Below the pieces are notes generated by a model. That model searched no databases, was not told the DNA's origin, and saw only the letters and a program-made list of their open reading frames with translations. The position numbers and the translations under genes were made by a program. 64,000 nt of DNA from Vicugna vicugna (lineage: Eukaryota), in NCBI GenBank assembly GCA_013265495.1, contig MU057880.1, positions 712,527 through 776,526 of the forward strand. The letters run 5' to 3'. Shown piece after piece: positions 49,326-60,330 of the stretch (positions are counted from its first letter, which is position 1; each line of letters begins with the position of its first letter).

Positions 49326-51844
49326 TTACTTTCATTTTCCAGAAGAGGAAACTGAGGTATCGACACCCGAAGCTACACAGCTGGTCAATGAGGGAGCCAG
49401 GATGTCTGCCCAGGCTGTGAATTCAGGGACTTAGAGGAAGTCCAGCGTGAATGAGAGGAAATGATAGAAAATGAAGTCAGAACACTGGGTTGGATCCCCC
49501 ACGGGAACACTCAATGTGTGTGGTTGCTTTTCTGCAAGGCAGGGTCTGGCTGGGTCAAGCCCAGTTGCCTTCTCCTAAGGCAGGCATCCTTTCTTCATGG
49601 TGCTCTCAAGCTTCTCCTGACGTTCTCTGTCATCTGTACACAATATACTTCCTTTATAATAGTGAAGTGAATTAACCTGAGTAGACATAACACCCACATA
49701 CTTGATATGATAAGAAAGAGCTTAGTAATAGTTATCTTTGGATTTCTATGTAATACCCGTTCTATAGTGTTTCAAAACATATCATCAAATACAATCTTTG
49801 GCATTTGGAGGAAAAAAAAAAAAACAGCAGAAGACAGTGAGGTCCCCCCTCCAAACCGCACCATCTTTCCAGCCCCACATCGTGCATTCTTCCAAACTCC
49901 ACCTTCACACAACGTGTCTTGGGAAGTTCTCAGAATCACCTGGAAAAGAGAAGTATTGCCAGTGTGGAGCTGGGCAGTAGGCAGACCATCAATCACACAT
50001 CTCAGAATTTCTGGATGTTTTTCATCCCAAGTTTCTCATTCACCTTTGGGTTCATGTGGGCGAATCACAGTCTTATTAAAATTCCAAAGATCTCACAATG
50101 CTAATCTCCAGGTGGTATTATCAATGCAGAAGACTTTTAAAAGATAATAAAGCTTCCTTTTCTAACCAAGTTATAAAAGCAAGCTAGAAAATAGCTTTTC
50201 TAAAATTAGGCGTGCCTTCGGGTATCTGCTGTTTCTTTCCAGATGGGTGTGTGTTTAGCTCCCACTTTTTATTTCTTAGAGTTATTGGCATCTCAACGGT
50301 TTGTGGTTTCCTACAAAAATAAAGACATTAGCACCTTTCATCCTCAAGTGCTATATAAAGTTGCAGCTCTTCTGATTCCCCAGGAAGCTTCTAGGGGGGA
50401 GGTCCGCATGCTGACCCTCTGTACGGGAGGAGAAACCTTGGCTACTGAGGCCAAAGACCCCTCCTTTTTCCCATGAACCTTATACACAGGTGTCATATTT
50501 CCCCCATTTTATGGCTTGGCTTTGTAGGATTCCTCAAATAAATCGAAGGAACTTTCTTGTATCTGAACTCCAAGAGAATAAATTTTCAGTTTGATACTTC
50601 CTTTCTCAAACAGACCGTGAGAACAGCAAGTGAGACGTGTATCGCTGACATGCACTGTCTGTGCTGTGTTCAAAGCGGTTCCGTCAAGAACAGCAGGTTT
50701 GGGAGAGGAAGCGTCTGTCAGTAGCTGGGGACCCTGCCCCCTGGCATTTCCCGGGCATCCCAGCCCCAAGGACCTGGCTACCCAGCCAAACGCCAGCTTC
50801 CTTCTTCTGGTTGTGACTTTGTAGATGATTATTGGTGAACTGGAAAAAAAAAAAAAGACATCCTAACCTTCACATCTTTTGTTAGGATGTGGAAATGTAA
50901 GAACAAAAGAAAGAACAGGAACTCAATGTAATTTAGAACCCAGTGGGTGATTTTAGCCCTTAATTAAGGAAGGCTAAAAATACACCATGGTGGTTACTAG
51001 CTTTTGCAGAGCTTGACATGCGTCTTGAATACGCATCTCAGTGTAAACATCACATTATTTTTTTTAAATTATACTTCCTAAAGTTAGTATTAAGCATATG
51101 TCATAGGTCTTCAACAAATATTATTTGATAATAGGGAGACACAAATCTGAAAAAAAAGATTGTATAAATTAGGATGGGTTTAGTAAGCCTGATGTTTGGC
51201 TCTGCAGATGGTCTCCTTTAAATATATTGTCAAGACTTGTGTGTGATCTAATATCTCAAGCACAGGTGGCTGAAATGCCAGGACATATGTTTTCTAAATC
51301 TGGCATTTATCCTAGGTTTTTCAGATCTTTGCAAGAAATTCTAATACTACAAATTTAGGATTATAACTTTCCCTCCTATTCATATACTACACTTCCAGAC
51401 TGCTTCAGCTGTGTTGACCAGGATGCCTTGAACGCATAGCAATCTAGAGATACCTATCCTCTTCCCAGGACTGCATCTAGGCTTCAAGAAATCTTAATTG
51501 AGAGAACTGAAAACAATCCATTCAGTAGAGGGCCCCCTGGTGTGTGGTCCCATTCTGTCTCTGGGCACAAAGAAAATGGCACTGAAACTCCATGCTTTGG
51601 AAGCCATGTGAGCTCCTGCAGTTGAGGAAGAATTCATAGGATAGTGTCTTTGCAATGTTGAAGTTTTTAGTGCAACTGTTGTCTGCAATTGGACTGCATG
51701 GTCCCAGCCACATTCCAAATGGCTTTAAGCAGCTTGAGGTCTGTCATCTGTCTCAGATTTGACTTTGGACTGACAGCATCCACAGTCCTCCTCCTTGTGC
51801 TTCACATGTTGTGGATGATATGGTCATCAAGAAATGATGGGGTA

Positions 51845-51964
51845 GGGGAGGGTATAGCTCAAGCAGTAGAGCACGTGCTTAGCATGCACAAGGTCCTTGG
51901 TTCAATTCCCAGTACTGCCTCCATTATAAATAAACGAATAAACCTAATCACCGCCCCCCAAAAA
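51845..51964 (+). mobile_element. Vic-1-like SINE
   Basis: tRNA-Ala-like body and tail, flanked by GAAATGATGG direct repeats. Confidence 0.87.
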
Positions 51965-51977
51965 AGGAAATGATGGG

Positions 51978-52120
51978 ATATGTCTTTCTCTGTCTGATTT
52001 ACTTTACTTTGTATGATAATCTCTAGGTCCATCCATTATTGCTGCAAATGACGTTATTTCATTCTCTTTTATTCTTTATTCCACTGTAAATTTCAATAAA
52101 AATAAAAATAAATAAAAAAA
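51978..52120. mobile_element. short L1 with an inverted 5' part (twin-priming-like)
   Basis: Minus-strand ORF2-end segment 51978-52070, then plus-strand cactgtaaat..tcaataaa and A tail; TSD AAGAAATGATGG. Confidence 0.7.
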
Positions 52121-52215
52121 AAGAAATGATGGATGATGGAGACTGAAATCCCTTCCCTTCTCACGCAGAATCTTCATTAAGAGATCAAGTTGCAGAAGGG
52201 CAGAAAAAAATGAGC

Positions 52216-52465
52216 TTTTTTTTAATGGTTGATTTATAGTGTTGTGTTAGTTACAGGTGTACAGCAAAGTGATTCAGTTATACATACGTATAGATACATA
52301 CATATCTATTCTTTTTCAGATTCTTTTTCATTATAGTTTCTCACAAGCTATTGAATAGAGTTCCCTGTGCTGCACAGTCAGTCCTTGTTGTTCACCTACT
52401 TCATGTACAGTAGTGTGTATCTGCTAACCCCAAACTCCTAATTTATCCTTCCCTGACCCCCCTAC
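52216..52465 (-). mobile_element. young L1 3' end
   Basis: T-tail plus 3'UTR; tgagcttt on both sides. Confidence 0.8.
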
Positions 52466-53257
52466 TTTAGGGGGAAGTGAGCTTTAAGTCTGCAGTGGTT
52501 TGAGAATTATTCTCCTCCTAGCTTATTTGATAGTTGTTTGAGAGCTACTTAGCATTTATTTTTAACTGCAACTTAGTTATACTGTTCTGTTCACAAAGCC
52601 TGAGCTGCCACCCTCAGTGTAATTCTGTGTTGCAGAGCTAATTGGACAATTAACTTGGGAGGAGCACGCTTCCTAACCTTTGAATTAAAACAATGCCAAC
52701 ACATTAGACAACTCCAAGGGTGAGAACGGTCGCCAACCAGGCACTTGATTATATTCGGAAACCGCATTGAGAGAGAACAGAGACTCGGGAAGCTCCTGTG
52801 TAGCTTTGCTGTAGCTTGGATAGTCGAATTCACTCATATTTCAGAGGCTGGTAGGAGCTATCCACCAACTCTGGATAAAGGGCTGGTAGCAGAATGACTG
52901 GTTTCTCATCACAAATCCTAACAATCCCCAACACAATAAGTTCCAGTCTTGCTTTAAAATAAAATCCTAGTGTGTCCTTGAAGTATAGCATGAGTAAGGA
53001 AAATGTGAATCTTCCTGGAGAACTGCAGAAAGAATAATAGAAATGTGCCTTCTTTCTGGGAATAAGTGAGGTAGCTAGCATTCTTAATGCTTTTCAGGGC
53101 AAATCTGTGTTTGTGGCCTTAATGAAAAGTTGACTGTGACTTACCTGCAAGAGTAACCAGTTGAAGAACTTTTATTTTCTCCCTTTTCTCTCTTTGCATG
53201 CTAATCTGCCTACTAGTCTTTAAAATGCCTCAGTTTTCCCATCTGTAAAATGGGAAA

Positions 53258-53870
53258 TGCATTAGTTTTCTATTGGGCATAACAAATGACCACACAGGTG
53301 GCATCCTAAAGCAACACCATCTATTTGCTCACAGTTCTGTAGGTCAGAAGTCCCTGGAAGGCACGGCTGGGTTCTCTGCTCAGAACTCATGCAAAGTCAA
53401 GGTGTGGGCTGTGGCTGTAACCTCCCCTGAGGCCTGAGGTCTCTACTGAGTTCACGTGGTTGTGGCAGATTACAGTTCCTTATGGTTATAGGACTGAGGT
53501 CCTGTTTCTTTGCTGGCTGTTGGCCAGGGACCAGTCTCCACACCTAGAAGCTGCGCATATCCCTTACTACGTGGTCCTCTCCATCTTTAAAACCAGCAAC
53601 AGAGACGCTCCTTCATGTCATATCCCTCTCATTCTTCAAATCCCCTTGGCCAAGAAGAGCCCAGGTCCTCTTAAGAGCTCACCTGCTTAAGTCAGGCCCA
53701 CCGAGGATAATCTCCCTTTCTTAAAGTCAGCTGATTTGGACTCTTAATTACATCTGCAAAGTCCCTTCACAGCAGTACCTAGAATAGTATGTGGTCGAAT
53801 ATCTGGGAGAAGGTGTGCATATCAAGGAGTGAGAATCTGGGGGTGTCTTTAGAGTTTTGTAACCCATACG
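53258..53870 (-). mobile_element. MaLR LTR (MLT1E/F-like) inserted in a MIR
   Basis: cattagttttctatt...ctcacagttctgtaggtcagaagtcc...ttaattacatctgcaaagtcccttcacagca; MIR core cctcagttttcccatctgtaaaatggg on the left, resuming on the right. Confidence 0.75.
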
Positions 53871-55583
53871 GATAATAATAATACCTTAGAGTAGTGTTAA
53901 ATGGATTAAGTGTGTGTAAAACACTCTGCATAGTATCTGGTGTAATAAGTCTCAAGAAATAGGATTGGGCATTATTAATGTCTCCATGCACTGTATTTTC
54001 TTGCCTATGTGGATTTTCAAATATATTATGATCAGCACATTAGGAGCATGATGGAATATGTTCCTCATTATTTGGATACTCCACAGAAAACAGAGATACT
54101 GGGCCATAGTCAACACACTCACGAAACTCAATGTTTAGTCTATTTGCTGAAAGTTGAGGTACTAATTCAATTTATTTAAAAACAGTGCAGTTTAAAAAAA
54201 AAGAGAGACTAGGATATAATTCATGTTGATATTCAAGCCCACATACAATGTGGCATAAAATGAAGTGTGGGTCTCTGCATGGTTCACTTTTTGCTTTTTA
54301 GTAAGAAAAATGCATCACAGAGTCCGTGCCTTAAACACTGGCATTTTTTTCAGAGAGAATGGTTTTTGTTTCTACCCGTGCTCCGAATATAAAATGAATA
54401 TTCAAATGCTCCATCCACACAAAGGCCTTGGAGCCCCCTGTCCCCCTTGAATAGTTCCAGCCTAGAATAGGCAACATTATGCACTTTGGAGATGAAGCGC
54501 CAACGATGAGAATGCTTCTCCCTGGCTGTGGGAAGAAAGGCCCCTAAGGGGTTAACAGTCATATTTTGCAAATTGAGGCAAGGGAAGGAAAAAAAATACA
54601 TTAGCATAAGAAAAGGTAGCCATAGGGGATTTTCCACTCAGATGTTTGGTACTAGGAGCTCTGTGTTACCAAGGAGGAGGCCGGTGAAGAGGAACCCTAG
54701 TGTCTATGCATTCTTGGAACACACTGCCATTGTCCTTATGGGGTGAGAAAGACCTCGTAGGTTTTGAGATGAAAACCGGTCTTTTCTGGAAAGGGAAGTC
54801 AAAACTGGATGCATTAAGGAAAACGTCTTGAGTTAAGCATAGCAGCAGAACGAGAGGATTCCTCGGCGGTGTGTGCGCCAGGGCTAGACCCGAGGTGGCT
54901 TAAGGTAAGTCAGAGCACTACGCGATGATTTCCGTTGTTAACTAGAATGGGCCCCAGTGTCTGCAATTAACTCAAATTGAACAGTTTTTAACTCGTTTCA
55001 GAAATTGTGTCTGATTCACAGTATCCGAATGTAGTTAGCAGATGTTTTTATTAATACCTAGACTTATTGAAAGATTGATTAGTAAGCAATATTTTCCATT
55101 CCAAGTTATGATTATTGTCACTAGTTGAAAACATTCGAAATAACTGTAAAAGATTCTCACTGGTATCCTTAAGAGAGACGATAATAATCAGTTCAGCTGT
55201 ACCTGTTTCTAATGAAGATGTCAAATTCGTTTTTGAATCAGTCTTCTCTTTACTCTTAATTACTGACCAGTGAAAAAGTATTTTTTTGATTCTGAATATC
55301 ATTGGATTTAATACCAAAGTGAGCATGACTGTCCAAACAAATCATGGTGAATTTCATTAGTAAATTAAGATAGAGAAGGTCTAGTTAATTTTAGATAAAT
55401 TTTTTGCAATGCTGATTGCTATAGGAGACATGGGGTGGGGGGGTGGCAAATGAATCTGTCGCAGGTTTCTAAGAAAAGTCTATCCAGATTAAGACAATGA
55501 AACTTTTGGTTATTAAAAATGGGAACAAAGATCAAAGAAGATTGTCCAAAAGCTGATAATTAGATTATTTAGAAGTCAGTTGA

Positions 55584-55710
55584 GGGGAGGGTGTAGCTCA
55601 GTGGTAGAGCATATGCTTTGCATATATGAGGTCCTGGGTTCAATCCCTGGTACCTCTATTAAAAGATAAGTAAACCTAATTACCTCCACTGCCAAAAAAT
55701 ATTTTAAAAA
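55584..55710 (+). mobile_element. Vic-1-like SINE
   Basis: Perfect 13-bp TSD AGAAGTCAGTTGA at 55571-55583 and 55711-55723. Confidence 0.9.
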
Positions 55711-56906
55711 AGAAGTCAGTTGATAAGGTCGATTTTCAGGGAATCACATGTCAGAAGTTAATTGGCAAACAATGATTTTACTATTACATACAGATTATCA
55801 CTTTTCAAATTTTGTATGGAAGAGTGGGTCAACCCTGCCTTTAAATCTTGTCTATTTTGTTCCTTCCTGGTTTGTTTACTTTATATATGGAATTAAAGAT
55901 GTAGAAGTGATCAAAGTTTTAGGTCTTCATCACTAGGATGACATAAGTAAATAGATTTGTTTTCCCAACACAAATAGCTCAGAAGCACTTGATCAGGAAA
56001 GTCACTGTAAACGAAAGCTGGAGGAAAAAGGACGATGAAAAACAGAGTACCAGGTGATTCCTCTCATGTGAACATTATGACATCAGTTTGCTGCTTTGTG
56101 CGATGTTACAACTCCAGGTCCCCCATCGATGTGAAAATGTAAAAATGCTTTCCAAAACTGAAGTGAACTGCTTTTGATAATCCGTATCATGGTTTCCCAA
56201 CCCTAGTATGGAAAATTGAGAAAGGATTACCAACCAAAACCCTTTTCAGCATAAATTTGACACCCCATTCCCCATGCTTGGGCATAAAATGTCCCTCCAC
56301 TGACCAGTTCCTGGGAAAATGAGCTGGCACATAGTCATTTATTCAGTTATGATAATTTCGATGCACATCAGAGGGTCTGGGGATCATCTCTTAATGTGAG
56401 AACTAGTTTTAAACTGCCCAATATTTTACCAATGTTCCAGACGACGCTTTCTGAAAGGAGTGTTCAGATCTATACTCTGTCACAGGCTGGCTAGAATCAA
56501 CTCCTTCCTCTGCTATTGACACCACGTTTCCTAATTCTGTGAGGGTCCAGTAACATGAAAGTAACTCAACTGTTGGCGTCTAAATGACCCACAGTGTTTT
56601 ACATGCCTGCCTGTGTAGACACGGAATCATACGGAGCTTAGAGATGGTGATCGACACACTTCTTGCTACCCACACCGTCCTTCTACAGAGGGGGCAGGTA
56701 AAGCCCAGAGGAGGGGATTTATGTTCCGCCTTGTACCTTTATCTCTCAGTTCAAGAACCAAAAGACCATCTTCCTGTACCTGAATTTGGCATTTCTGGTT
56801 CAGTTTCTCCAAGTGACTTCCTCTTCCACCAGGAACCCAGACTCTTAGACATGTTGGTGCCTACTGACCTTGGAATCAGGGTACATTAATTTTCTTCCTT
56901 TTACAG

Positions 56907-56965
56907 CATGAAGAGCTGAGTCAAGCTGCTATCGAGAAAATAAGCCACAGATACCAGAACCCATG
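56907..56965 (+). CDS. SPMIP2: SPMIP2/C4orf45 coding exon 3 (HEELSQAAIEKISHRYQNP-W); gene presumably continues beyond the window
   Basis: Acceptor ttttcttccttttacag|C and donor TG|GTAAGC; 59 nt, phase 0 to 2. Matches recalled human YEELSQASLDSITHRYQNPW. Confidence 0.93.
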
Positions 56966-58162
56966 GTAAGCACATCCTAATACATTTAAAATTAGCTAAT
57001 GAATGAATGTGTTTCCTTCTTAAATTAGTAACAGGGTTCATTGAAAAAAACCTTTTTATGTCCTGTAGTTTTTTTGCAAGATTATGAATTTTTATTCCCA
57101 ATGAACAGTTATGAAATGTTCACACTGTACTAGGTTTTACTGAAGGGGAGGAACGAGGTAGAGCATACTTGGTTAGAGTGAGGACGGTGGGGGAAAAGGG
57201 AACCAGCTTGTTAAGACTGGCAACTGGACAGTTTCGGTAGCTTTAACTATATAAATAATTCTTTTTGTGGGTGAACAAGAATATAATTTGGGGGGTAAAA
57301 AAAACCCCTCCCATTTCATGCTGTTAGAAACCACCATGATAGGCAATAAGTGTAATCCTGCTGCAGTCACACAGCGGCTTGGATTCACACTCTCTTAAGG
57401 CAGCTGGTAACCTAAATTAAACATGTCTAGCACAAGGGATGTTAAATTAGGGGTATTCTGATTTCTATAGAGGGAAGGGATTGATCAGCATTGCTCTTAC
57501 AAGACTGTGGATTCAATAATGTCTTTGTCAACCTTAGATTTTTGGAGGTGAGGGTTTCTGGAGTCTGTTTCGCCTCATTTTTTTTTATCATTGAAGAGTC
57601 CTGCTATTAGCATGTGCAAAATTAATAGGTCTTAGTCTGTGTCTGCTGTACCACAGCAACATAAACTACACCAAAAATAGACAAGACCTTCAACCCCAAG
57701 TCAAAAGCCTAGATCATATGGTTCTGTAAGCATACAGTAAGCTTTGTAAGAAACTGCTGAACTGTCTTCCAAAGTGGCTATATCATACATGCATTTCCAC
57801 CAGCACGAAATGTGAATGCCTATAGCTCCAAAACCTCTTCTGCATTTGATATTATCAATGTTTTGGATTTTAGCCATTCTAACGGTGTGTTGTGGTCCGG
57901 GTTATATTTTGCCTCCTTGTTATGTTGAAAATATCTTTGCTCTAAAATAATACCATCCTCCTAATTATTGTGTAACTCAGCCATCAGTCTCAGATATGAG
58001 AATTCTGTATCTAATTTCTAGTTATAGACCTCATCCATACACTTCATTATTTTGTTGGTCAAAACCTTGTCTGAATATCTGAGTGCTACTACAATATAAT
58101 CCCCAGACAGCAAAATATCTTATTGCACAACTCCTATTTTACTGACTTGGCTCCTTGGACGC

Positions 58163-58601
58163 TGTAATCAATAGAAATTGATAAGATGCCAGATGAGAAA
58201 TTCAGGCAAGACTTTACTGGGACTCATGCTGCAGCACAAGGGAATGAAAACACCTTGCTCATTCCCCAAAGGGGGACGAGCTGGTCCCTTAAATGGGATG
58301 AGGTTAGGGGTGGGTCCAGGGGTGGGGCTGGAAGGGTGGCTTGGGTAGTCTGCCCACCCCCTTGGTGGTCTGTGTGCAGGGATCATGCACACTTCCCTTC
58401 CTTTGATCCCTGAACCTCAGAAGTGGCCATTGGATTTTGGCCTTTTTGTATCTTGTTGTTTATAATTTGCCTCAACTGCACATGCACATAGTTATTTTTA
58501 GTCCCTTATAGTTTCTTTGTGTTCTGTTGCTCTAGGAGACGTTTGTCCAGGTGCAAGTATGGCAGCCCAGGGCCCCATGTCCCAGGTCTCAGCTTGTCTC
58601 A
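58163..58601 (-). mobile_element. ERV-type solo LTR
   Basis: TG...CA termini; the minus strand has a TATA-like tttaag followed by AGTAAA. Confidence 0.65.
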
Positions 58602-58624
58602 CTATAATTTATAAAGCATATATA

Positions 58625-58756
58625 TTTTTGTTGTGTGTGTGGGGTGGGGAAGTAATTAGGTTTATTTATTTATTTTTAAATGGAGGTACTGGGGATTGAA
58701 CCCAGGACCTCATGCATGCTAAGTACACACTGTACTAGTGAGCTATACCCTCCCCA
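58625..58756 (-). mobile_element. Vic-1-like SINE
   Basis: ggaggtactggggattgaacccaggacctcatgcatgctaag...gagctataccctcccc plus tail. Confidence 0.87.
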
Positions 58757-58844
58757 CTAGGAAACATACCTTATGTTTAAAGCCGTGGAGAAATAGTTAC
58801 AATTGTTGCATACACAGCATATGGTCTCATTTAAAGATTCCATT

Positions 58845-58846
<2 letters not shown>

Positions 58847-58880
<34 letters not shown>

Positions 58881-58881
58881 A
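58847..58881. repeat. (TAAA)n microsatellite
   Basis: About 8 units. Confidence 0.9.
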
Positions 58882-59639
58882 TATTCCATTTCTTTTGTTC
58901 AAATAACATTGCCAGTATCTATTTCCAAATGCACCATCAAATAGTTCTAAGCAAAAAATAGATAAGTGAAAGAATGAATGAATAAATAAATAAATGCCAT
59001 TGAAAATCAAATTTCAACAAACATGACATGAGTGTGAAAATCTCCACTTATTCACACGTTAAAAAACTTGTTAAAGAGAACCTGAGAAATATTGAAGCTT
59101 TGAGCATTTTCCTTAGAGGAAAGACTATTGGCTGCATTCATTTCTATGGGCTATGATGTGGATTGTACCAAGTTATGAGGATGCAAAATGTTTATGAGAA
59201 AGACCTGGTACTTAGGGAATTGTGAATTCAATTGGAAAATTATAGATATATGTATAAAAATTACAAAACCAATCTGTATATGTTGAGTGCTAAATTCCTC
59301 ATGAAGGCAATCATGATTAGAAAATTATAACTAGAAAAATTAAAAAAAATTAAATACAGTGACAGCCCCCTAGATGTGCCTGTAACCTCTGACTTGGGTC
59401 CTATTTCTAACTAGTCCGATGCCAGTAACCTGAATGCTGCCCACTCTTAAGACTCTAAGCACAACCGCTGCTTAAGAGCCTTCCTGCCCCACTCTTGGCT
59501 CTGAGGCTCTTAAGGAGGATGCTGACCTTGACAGGCCCAGGGGTTCCCCACCTGTGGACTGAGGGCCATTTCCTTCCTGGGCAAGATTCGTGCTTAGCTT
59601 CTCAGACCATTTTCACTTTCTGTCCTCCTCTGTCAACTG

Positions 59640-60330
59640 CATTCACTCAATAAATGAAGTGCCTCCTGTGTTCAAAGCACTGCTAGATTCTGCAGCCACA
59701 GTGCAGAACAAGACAAGCTCAGTATACGTCCTTCTTGGAATTTGTATTCTAGGGAAGGAGACAGATATCAAACAACTATAATTATACTGTTTTTCATGCT
59801 TTTAAATAACTTCTTAAAATGAGAAATATAATTCATGTTTACAGCAACAAATCAAACAACACAGAGGTATATTAAGACGTTAATATCTTGTCCTATTCCA
59901 TCCAGTTCATGATAAAACATTTCATTACAAAGGTTATTTATGGGTCGATACCAGGGGCATCGACCTGGACTGAGGGTCAGAGAAGTGTTCAATTATTAAG
60001 TTGACTTCAAAAATGTGAGTATAACATTGTTCCAGGCAGAGGGAACAGCGTGAGAAGGGGCCAGAGCAGGGGAAGAATGTATCTAGTTAGGACCAGGGTG
60101 GCTGGACTGTGGAAAGCAATGGGAGGTGAGCAAGATGAGGGTCAGATTTTGTAGAATATTGTGGCCACATCAGAAAATGCGGGTTTTTACCTAAGAACAG
60201 AGAGAATTCATTGGAGGATTTAAAATAGGAAGCAGTCCTTCCCCCCCCACCCCAAAGATGGCTCTGGAATGTTGGAGTGCTGTGTGGAGGAAAAATTGAA
60301 AGGTGGTTGGAAAAGCTGTAGGAAACTCAG
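59640..60330 (-). mobile_element. L2 fragments
   Basis: cattcactcaataaat..., ttccaggcagagggaacagc, gggtcagattttgtag. Confidence 0.6.

Noticed and set aside
51690..51760. Minus-strand LKAIWNV resembling the SOD2 C-terminus
   Set aside because: Only about 7 residues match and the flanks do not continue as SOD2; likely chance.
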